A stretch of 64,000 bases of DNA, taken from IMG/VR virus record IMGVR_UViG_3300035208_002115; one strand, given 5' to 3'. Source of the DNA: a virus. Its lineage: Duplodnaviria > Caudoviricetes. The position numbers and the translations under genes were made by a program. Shown piece by piece: positions 56,553-64,000 of the stretch (positions are counted from its first letter, which is position 1; every line of letters starts with the position of its first letter). Under the pieces are notes generated by a model. The model made no database searches and had not been told where the DNA came from. It saw only the letters and a list, made by a program, of their open reading frames with translations.

Positions 56553-56720
56553 TTAATCATTACAAGAACAAAATTTTTTAAACCCAATTGGTTCATATGG
56601 ACTACTTCTTCTATCAATTTCCAAACCACACCTCGGACAAGGTTGATTTAAACCCATACCGAGTTGACTCAAATCATATGGATTATGATATGTTTTACCT
56701 GTTAGTTTATTCCGTTTCAT
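56553..56720 (-). CDS. small zinc-finger-like protein (not in ORF track)
   Basis: Manual translation ...QPCPRCGLEIDRRSSPYEPIGFKKFCSCND*. Confidence 0.5.
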   Translation of the reverse strand: MKRNKLTGKTYHNPYDLSQLGMGLNQPCPRCGLEIDRRSSPYEPIGFKKFCSCND

Positions 56721-57100
56721 AATATATCGTTAAATATTTCTTTTATTTTTTCTTTTCTTATATCAGATACAGTAACCATATAGTCTGTTATTACGGTCTC
56801 ATTTTGTTTTTCAATATATCTTCTTAATTGATATAAACAATTCCGAACAACTGTATCAAAACATGAACCACCCATTAAACAAACGGTTTCATCTGAAACT
56901 TCTTTTTTCAGAATCTCAATTCCATCTTGTTCAAATAATAAAACTTTATCAGATTCCACATTATACAAAACATATTTATGTTTATTAGATTGAATTATAT
57001 GGAGAATGTTTAATTTCTTTTCTGAAGAAGTATTAATCCTGTAAGGAAGTTTATACAATTTTTTTAATAAATTAATCATTTTCTGGTTTAACATTACCAT
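56717..57100 (-). CDS. hypothetical protein with C-terminal RxxK motif
   Basis: IRKEKIKEIFND. Confidence 0.65.
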   Translation of the reverse strand: MVMLNQKMINLLKKLYKLPYRINTSSEKKLNILHIIQSNKHKYVLYNVESDKVLLFEQDGIEILKKEVSDETVCLMGGSCFDTVVRNCLYQLRRYIEKQNETVITDYMVTVSDIRKEKIKEIFNDIL

Positions 57101-57360
57101 GTTCGTCTACCTGTATGATATTACCAAATTCATCTTTAGATGTAAACCACGCTCCACTTGTTCTATAAATATGGTCGTATTCTGTATCGGAAATTATATT
57201 CCCCCATTCGTCTTTTGGCATAGTATTAGTCTTTATAATTTTTCGCTTCCCAAATTGTATTATATATACCTAATTCTTTTATTTCGGCTAAAATGATTAA
57301 AGGTTCTTTTCTTACCCCTCTTTTTCGCCCCGTCTTAGAATCTTTATTACTTACCATATC

Positions 57361-58497
57361 TCAAATTAGTTGATATACCGATTCAACATGTTTTTCCAAC
57401 TCATATTTAGATGTGTGAGCTATAAACTTTTTTAATTTATCTTTACTTTCAAATAAAGAATTAAAAGTGGTGGGTGTGAACGTATAAGTTTTTTCAACAC
57501 CAAAATCAAACTTAATTGTTATGGTATGGTCATCTGAATTATCTTTAAAAGATAAAACATTTAGACTTTTTAACAAAATACTTGATATTTTCATAATAGT
57601 TCTATTTAATTGTTTTCTCTTTTTCTAATTTTTCGTTGATAGCATCAATAATCCATTGACCTAAATTATCCTGAAAGGCTTCCGCTTTTTCCATATCGAT
57701 ACGTCCACCATTGAGCATGAAAAGATTCTGGATAGCACCCCAGCCTCTTAAATCTGCTATCAATTGATGACTACCATGTTTATTTACACCAAATATCATT
57801 TGACCCATTTGGTCATAAATGACTTTTTCACCTATAAATTCTGTTATTGTAGCCATATAAATTATTTTTTAGAATGGTTAATAAACAAATCTGTCATCTT
57901 ATCCATTAAATCATCGAAGAAATAATAATTGAAATTATCAGTATTTATCTCACTGATAATGATATTATGTTTCATTCGCATATATGAGATAAATGTATTA
58001 TAAAGGAATTCATTAGTATTTCCTTCAAAAAATTCTATTTTCTGATTTGAATTTTTAGATTTTTCAGATAATTTAAGACAGATACGTATACTATCAACAC
58101 TATCCAACCCATAAAAATCAATATGTTTTTTATCTGCCGTAGCCAAAGCCATTATTTCTTTTTCAGATAATTCTTTTAATATTTCTTCATAATTATCGGG
58201 ATTCCATTTCTTTATAAGATATAATCCTTTGTCTTGAAGTTGTTTTTTAGATGGTTTTTTCTCAATCTTCTGAGAAGAATAACTATTTATTAATTTAACA
58301 ATCTGTTCAAAGGTGTCTATCCCATCACTATTTATAACATCTGGATTTATTGAACCAAGAACTGCTAAATTATAAGGTTCTATTCTCTCTATGATTTTTT
58401 TATATATTTTCGGATGCCATTTTTCAAGCAAAACTTGTCCTTTTTTACATCTTTCCTCGAAAATATATTTATTCTTTAATTCATCGTCAAAAAACAT
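57361..58497 (-). CDS. three hypothetical proteins (57361-57594, 57602-57856, 57862-58497)
   Basis: Co-directional ORFs; 57862-58497 has an internal duplication (KG..L.KKW.P..Y..I). Confidence 0.6.
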
Positions 58498-58500
58498 ATC

Positions 58501-58856
58501 TTAATCCTTTAATATTTCTTCAATTTTTAATTTTCGTAATTTATTTCTATTCACCGTTTCATAAACACCATTTCTACGTATAATAATTTCATTGTTTGAT
58601 ACGTGAATATCAGCGTTCCAATCGTACTCATCTGGTGAATAATATTTCTTTTTTTTACTCATTCTACTTTAAACAATGGGTCATAATCATCACAAAAATT
58701 ATCCAGACAATATAAACCACGACCATCATCTCCATAATCAACTAAAATATTATGCACATCTGAACACTCAGTAATCACACCTGTGATTCCATCACCATCT
58801 ATAACTTTCATCCCATTATAGATATCTTCTATTGATAATTCTTTTTTATTATTCAT
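58501..58856 (-). CDS. two small proteins (58501-58662 with RxxK motif, not in track; 58659-58856)
   Basis: Manual translation MSKKKKYYSPDEYDW...NKLRKLKIEEILKD*. Confidence 0.6.
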
Positions 58857-58897
58857 AATGATACTAACAAATATATTAAAAAATCAATTACTACTTA

Positions 58898-60196
58898 TTA
58901 AAACATCACATTTTTATGAATGTCTGATTTAGCATCCAAATTAAATATTTCATGTATAGCAATATCCGCATTATTATTCTTTAAACAAATATTTTGAATT
59001 TTACTCATAGAATATTCATTATTATATTTAACATCTTTCAAGAAACCATTTAATTTCACTTCGTAAAACAGTTCAATATATTCTTGAATTAAATATTTAT
59101 CTGGATTATCAATTTCAATTTTAACATCCATCCGTCCGTCTCTTAATAAAGCTGAATCCAATTTGCTAAAGAAATTAGTGGTTACTATAACAATTAAACC
59201 GTCTTGTGAAAGAACGCCATCTAAACATTGAAGAAAATTAGAAAATGTCAAATTTTTTAAAATGGAATCTCTACCATCAAATATAGCATCAATATCTTCA
59301 ATAAGTAATACTGCATCATTATCCATTTTATTCAAAGCATATCGTAAGTCACCGTCTTTTAAATCATTCATAGCTAACATATATAATTTTTTATTATATT
59401 TTCGAGCTATTGCCAATGCAGTAGAGGTTTTCCCATTGCCGGGTGTCCCATGTAATAAGTATCCTCTTTTATAGGGTATACACCTTCTTGAATACCATTC
59501 TCTGTTATTTGAGAACCGTTCTAAATCATTTATGATTAAATCTTTTTTATCTTTATTAAGAATAATATGATTTATATCTTTTGGCTTAATGGTTTTACTA
59601 TCCCGTGTATACCAATCACCATAATTATTGTTAACGTATACATTGATTATACCAGAATCTATTGCTGGTTTAAATTGTTGATTATACTCAACAATTTCAT
59701 TTAATAACATTGTTAATTTATTTTTATAAAAAAATATTTTTAATTTATAAGAACCAAAAAATAAAGAAAATAAATCCTTGGCGTGTTCAATTTTATCTCT
59801 ATTTTTAGATATTGTTATTAAAGATTTTTTATATCGTATAAAAATAACATCAGCATATTGTCTATAATATATTTTATCTTCTTTTATTTTTTCACTATTA
59901 TAATATGGGGTCTCATTTTGGGGATTTTGACCTGTTAATAATTGTCTTTCTGATAACGATGCAACCACATTTCTATATTGTTTTGGATAATTAAAATTCA
60001 ACCACCTTTCAAAATAAGTATATAATTCATCAGTTTCTTCAATTGAAATTTCAAATACAACCTTTCGAGTAATTCTTTTCCAAAGAAACAAACCGAAATT
60101 TTTGAATATTAAAAATACCCCAGCCAACGAGGATAATATTAAACCAGCACTTAGAAATTGATTCTGTAATAATTGTAAAAGGCTCGCTTTATCCAT
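58898..60196 (-). CDS. BCS1-like membrane-anchored AAA+ ATPase
   Basis: N-terminal TM; IPYKRGYLLHGTPGNGKTS, LLIEDIDA, LTFSNFLQCLDG, TTN..KLDSALLRDGRMD. Confidence 0.9.
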   Translation of the reverse strand: MDKASLLQLLQNQFLSAGLILSSLAGVFLIFKNFGLFLWKRITRKVVFEISIEETDELYTYFERWLNFNYPKQYRNVVASLSERQLLTGQNPQNETPYYNSEKIKEDKIYYRQYADVIFIRYKKSLITISKNRDKIEHAKDLFSLFFGSYKLKIFFYKNKLTMLLNEIVEYNQQFKPAIDSGIINVYVNNNYGDWYTRDSKTIKPKDINHIILNKDKKDLIINDLERFSNNREWYSRRCIPYKRGYLLHGTPGNGKTSTALAIARKYNKKLYMLAMNDLKDGDLRYALNKMDNDAVLLIEDIDAIFDGRDSILKNLTFSNFLQCLDGVLSQDGLIVIVTTNFFSKLDSALLRDGRMDVKIEIDNPDKYLIQEYIELFYEVKLNGFLKDVKYNNEYSMSKIQNICLKNNNADIAIHEIFNLDAKSDIHKNVMF

Positions 60197-60208
60197 GTTT
60201 TCTTATTT

Positions 60209-62191
60209 TTATATTATATTCTTAAAATAATTTATTGTTTTAATTAATCCTTCTTCTAATGTTATTTTCGGTGTCCAGTTATCTAACTCTCTGTAAGCGA
60301 GTGATATATCAGGTTTTCTTTTTATTGGGTCATCTGATGGTAAAGGTAAATTAATTATTTTAGAATCGGAATTGGTTAATTGAATTATTTTTTCTGCTAA
60401 TTTTTTTATATTTATTTCATTCGGATTTCCTATATTGACTGGCCCGATGAAGCTTTCAGGTGTATTCATCATACGTATCATACCTTCAATTAAATCATCA
60501 ATATATTGAAAACTTCGTGTTTGAGAACCATTTCCATAAATGGTTATATTTTCATTTTTTAATGCCTGAATAATAAAATTAGATACTACTCGACCATCAT
60601 TTTTTTGCATGTTGATGCCATACGTATTAAATATTCTTATTATTTTAATTTTAGTATTATATTGACGATGATAATCCACGAAAAGTGTTTCAGCACAACG
60701 TTTTCCTTCATCGTAACAATTACCACAAAATACTGCTTTACCGTTTCTCCTAACATAAATTATATGGTTTTTAACATTTACACAGTATACATATCCTTCA
60801 TACTTTTTAATTGTAGGTTTTGAATATTGGTGTGATTTTTCATTATTTATACAGGTCATACTTTTAGTTTTTCTACCAGTTGGGGTATTCTGTATATTAC
60901 CATAACGACCTATTTTTAATAATAATTCTTGAACACCATCTAATAATTTATCTGAAATAGAATAATAAATATGAGATGATTGAGTTGTAGTAATTTTAGA
61001 AGCATCACCATCCATCATCGCTTCATATAAAATATTTAATTGTCTCTTAGACAAATTTAAAAACTCTCTTGGTATAAATTTATCCTTTGATTTACCGAAT
61101 GTTGATAAATATGTAAACAATTGTTTATTTTGAAAAACAAAATAACTATTTCCAGATTTCGATATAGAATATTTTATATTTAATCGTGCTAAACAATTTT
61201 TAATTTTTTCAAAAACGATTGGATTCTTTAACTTTGATTGCGAAATTTGGATTCTATATTTTTTAGTATGATAAGTTTTATTATTAACTATTTTAATAGC
61301 CTTTTGAAGATAAGTACAACCCTCAGTTAAAAAATATCCCATAAATTCTAACCAATCATCCATTCTAACTTTATCCATAATTGGTATTTTACAATATTTT
61401 AAATTCTTAGTGTATTCTGGAAAATAAAAATATTCTTGTCCAATACCATCCCATTCACATGTTTTTAATAAATTCACATGTCTAAAATCATGTAAATATT
61501 CGGCCTTTTGAAACACAAATTCTTCATTTTGTCTATATTTAACATACATATTATGATTTGGTGTAACAGATAAATCAATATTCCAATTTTTAAATGTATA
61601 AATATCACCTTCATATTGTTCTTTAATAATTTCATATGGTTGGTAGTACTCTAATTTTTTTGTAATAGGATTTAAAGTTGCAATTTCATCCGTAGAATTT
61701 AAATGAGTAAAATATTTCCATCCAGTATTAGTTAATATTTCAGTATCATCTGTATAGCAACTTCTAACACCGACTGGATTCACATTTCCCCAATAACTTT
61801 CAACTTGTGGGTGTATAAGAGGGTCACCATACACTTCACTTGTAGAAGCTTGTAATATGGTGGCATTAACTTCTTTCGCCAAATTAAGCATATTAATAGC
61901 ACCTAAAATTGAAGTATTTATAGTCTTAACTGGGTTGTATTGATAATGAACAGGTGATGCTGGACAGGCTAAGTTGTATATTTGGTCTACTTCAGCATGA
62001 TATGGAATTGTAATATCATGTCTAACTAATTCAAACCTTGGATTATTTAATAAATTAAAAATATTTTTTTTATTACCAGTAAAAAAATTATCTAAACATA
62101 TAACTTCATGACCTTGGTCAATTAATTTACTACACAAATTAGAGCCAATAAACCCAGCTCCACCAGTAACTAAAATTTTTCTTAAAATCAT
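60209..62191 (-). CDS. uxs: UDP-glucuronate decarboxylase (UDP-xylose synthase) containing an intein
   Basis: VTGGAGFIGS, NLACPASPVHYQ, ASTSEVYGDP, GVRS|CYDEGKRCAE, RIFNTYG, DGRVVSNFI; 313 aa after removing the intein. Confidence 0.92.
   Translation of the reverse strand: MILRKILVTGGAGFIGSNLCSKLIDQGHEVICLDNFFTGNKKNIFNLLNNPRFELVRHDITIPYHAEVDQIYNLACPASPVHYQYNPVKTINTSILGAINMLNLAKEVNATILQASTSEVYGDPLIHPQVESYWGNVNPVGVRSCYTDDTEILTNTGWKYFTHLNSTDEIATLNPITKKLEYYQPYEIIKEQYEGDIYTFKNWNIDLSVTPNHNMYVKYRQNEEFVFQKAEYLHDFRHVNLLKTCEWDGIGQEYFYFPEYTKNLKYCKIPIMDKVRMDDWLEFMGYFLTEGCTYLQKAIKIVNNKTYHTKKYRIQISQSKLKNPIVFEKIKNCLARLNIKYSISKSGNSYFVFQNKQLFTYLSTFGKSKDKFIPREFLNLSKRQLNILYEAMMDGDASKITTTQSSHIYYSISDKLLDGVQELLLKIGRYGNIQNTPTGRKTKSMTCINNEKSHQYSKPTIKKYEGYVYCVNVKNHIIYVRRNGKAVFCGNCYDEGKRCAETLFVDYHRQYNTKIKIIRIFNTYGINMQKNDGRVVSNFIIQALKNENITIYGNGSQTRSFQYIDDLIEGMIRMMNTPESFIGPVNIGNPNEINIKKLAEKIIQLTNSDSKIINLPLPSDDPIKRKPDISLAYRELDNWTPKITLEEGLIKTINYFKNII
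60719..61759 (-). mobile_element. intein with LAGLIDADG homing endonuclease (347 aa)
   Basis: Starts CYTDDTEILT, block B VTPNHNM, FMGYFLTEG and LYEAMMDGDA LAGLIDADG-like motifs, ends VYCVNV..H..YVRRNGKAVFCGN, +1 Cys. Confidence 0.92.
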
Positions 62192-62274
62192 TCATAAAAA
62201 CGTCTTTTTTGAACCGACACATATTAATATATAATTGTTTATATTTAAATGTCGATTTTCGCAATATTATATTA

Positions 62275-62730
62275 CTATACTAATTTCAATTCTTCAATCT
62301 TTTTCTTTCTTATATATCTTTTGTATTCATAATCATTCATAGTAACCCATTTACCATCAATTTCAAGGCAGAATGTAAAATCTTTTGTTGTAATATAAAC
62401 ACCAGATTTTTTATATTTAATCTTTTTCATCGAAAACATTCAGTTCTTTTAGTTTTTGTTTCCTACTGTATTTTTTATATTCATGTTCATACATCCATAC
62501 ATATTTGTCACCTACTCGAACACAAAAAATGTTATATCTTTTTCTTTCCTCAATCAATCTGAATATATCATCTAATAATTCTTTTTTAATCATACTAATT
62601 CGAGTTGTTCTATTTTAAGTTTTCTTATATATTGATTAAATTCAGTATAATTCATCACCACTGGTTTTCCTTTGATATCAACTATAATTCTATGTGAATA
62701 ATATATATCACGAACTTCAACATTTGGCAT
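62275..62730 (-). CDS. three tandem paralogous mini-proteins (62275-62430, 62417-62593, 62590-62730) with C-terminal RxxK motif, not in ORF track
   Basis: Manual translations end IDGKWVTMNDYEYKRYIRKKKIEELKLV, VGDKYVWMYEHEYKKYSRKQKLKELNVF and IKGKPVVMNYTEFNQYIRKLKIEQLELV. Confidence 0.7.
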
Positions 62731-62746
62731 AGTTATTTTATTGTTT

Positions 62747-63460
62747 TCATTCATATATAGTCTCTATTTTTTTCATTCGTTCCTTATCTATCGAATATAA
62801 TCCATATTTTTTTTCCATTCTTTCTAACACTTGTTGAAAAGTTTCACCCTTTTCATATTTTACTGAAATATCAGTTATACCACCTTTATAAGAACCTCTA
62901 CCTTTTCCAATATCAGTGGAAAAACTAACTGATAAATCTTTATGTATTATAGGGAAAAATTTTAACCATTTAATTATTTTATATCTCCATTCTCTTTCTT
63001 CAACAGTTATAACAGCATCTACATCTATACTATTTCCGTTTTCTATTTTATATTTATATTTTATAACCAATTTCCATAAACTATTCATGTCATAATCATC
63101 TCTGTTAGTTTTATTATTATTAAACCACGTATTGTCTATTAATAAATAACTGGTTCTAACCCATGTTTTATCCCAAAACATGTGTACAACTCTATTTTTT
63201 TCCCCAATACAAAACCACACCCCATTATCATGATAATATATACCATATTTTGGTGATTTATGACTATATATTTTGGAATTAAACGGAAGATGAATAAACA
63301 ATTGACCAATTAGTGTGATTTGAATACATGGTCTTGCATCAAAATATCCAGCCTTTTCATATATTAAAGCAAATCCACAAATAAATGGATAATAAGTTAA
63401 CCATTTGGTTTTATATTCTTTTGGTTCACCGTATTTATCTATTCTGAAATTTTTACCCAT
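62747..63460 (-). CDS. hypothetical protein with C-terminal RxxK motif
   Basis: VEEREWR, DIGKGRGSYKGG; ERMKKIETIYE. Confidence 0.7.
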   Translation of the reverse strand: MGKNFRIDKYGEPKEYKTKWLTYYPFICGFALIYEKAGYFDARPCIQITLIGQLFIHLPFNSKIYSHKSPKYGIYYHDNGVWFCIGEKNRVVHMFWDKTWVRTSYLLIDNTWFNNNKTNRDDYDMNSLWKLVIKYKYKIENGNSIDVDAVITVEEREWRYKIIKWLKFFPIIHKDLSVSFSTDIGKGRGSYKGGITDISVKYEKGETFQQVLERMEKKYGLYSIDKERMKKIETIYE

Positions 63461-63993
63461 TTTAAATCTTTTCTATTATCAATTTGACTATGACAAGTCT
63501 TACAAATAGTAGATATCCAAACTTTGGTGTGTCCAACATTTTTAGTTGTACCACAATATTCACATGTCATAAATGATTGGTGTTCAGCTAATGAAACCAT
63601 ACCATCTATTTCATCGTCACCGCCATCAAAATAAAAACATAAACACCCAAATTTTTCTTTTATTTGTGTAACCCTAATAGATAAATGTGGCGTTTCTTTT
63701 CGTGATATTTTAAATAATAAATTACCAAAAAATTTTAAATATTTTTTTCGGTGATATTTTATTTTTTGAACGTACCGTCTCAAAATATAATTTTTTATTT
63801 GTGGACGACTATATTTATTGTGGTTATCAATATAACTTTTTATAGTACCCATTAAAGAGTCCAAAATAAAATACCAGCCTTCTCCACATTCAAATCCGAA
63901 CTGCATCGGTACGACCATCTTTTTTTGTTTGGATAATTTTTTAACACTATCAATGATATCATCAGATGTATAAATCGGTGTATCTTTATCCAT
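63439..63993 (-). CDS. conserved phage zinc-binding protein
   Basis: FECGEGW, QIKEKFGCLCFY, TCEYCG...WISTICKTC. Confidence 0.75.
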   Translation of the reverse strand: MDKDTPIYTSDDIIDSVKKLSKQKKMVVPMQFGFECGEGWYFILDSLMGTIKSYIDNHNKYSRPQIKNYILRRYVQKIKYHRKKYLKFFGNLLFKISRKETPHLSIRVTQIKEKFGCLCFYFDGGDDEIDGMVSLAEHQSFMTCEYCGTTKNVGHTKVWISTICKTCHSQIDNRKDLKWVKISE

Positions 63994-64000
63994 ATGGGTG

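Noticed and set aside
429-60823. Short antisense ORFs nested in longer genes (e.g. 429-623, 19400-19621, 24179-24520, 44095-44376, 46966-47493)
   Set aside because: Fully inside well-supported genes on the other strand, with no motifs of their own.
1-64000. Stop-codon reassignment as in some jumbo phages
   Set aside because: Long genes are intact under code 11 and tile densely; TAG and TGA end genes at expected positions (e.g. tail sheath ends in TAG).

Overview
A 64-kb segment of a very AT-rich, T4-like (myovirus) jumbo phage. The host is most likely Bacteroidota, based on a PorP/SprF gene, a Bacteroidota-type ClpS and lipoprotein, TAnnTTTG promoters and AT-rich leaders with no obvious Shine-Dalgarno. 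The standard genetic code fits. The window holds a tail module (sheath, tube, gp26-like hub, interrupted gp51-like ORF), two ECF-type sigma factors, an RNAP alpha-CTD-like protein, ClpS, a SiaB-like kinase, a receiver protein, three NUDIX and two HAD proteins, two ADP-ribosyltransferase-like proteins, an ABC/OmpA operon, an AT-hook-DUF262 fusion, an intein-containing UDP-glucuronate decarboxylase, 12 tRNA genes and many small orphan ORFs. The most striking feature is upstream of the tRNA array, which has exactly two genes each for Thr, Ala, Pro, Gln, Gly and Arg. It is preceded by an unannotated 44-codon leader peptide in which 24 of codons 3-28 encode those same six amino acids, mostly with the codons the array reads. 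The leader overlaps a mutually exclusive antiterminator/terminator pair. This looks like a ribosome-stalling attenuator that switches on phage tRNA genes when those tRNAs are depleted. Two shared peptide tags also stand out: a C-terminal R-x-x-K-[IL]-x-x-[IL] motif on about 25 unrelated proteins, and an N-terminal motif like the T4 capsid-targeting sequence on about 11 proteins. All family assignments come from motif recognition by eye; no database searches were run.
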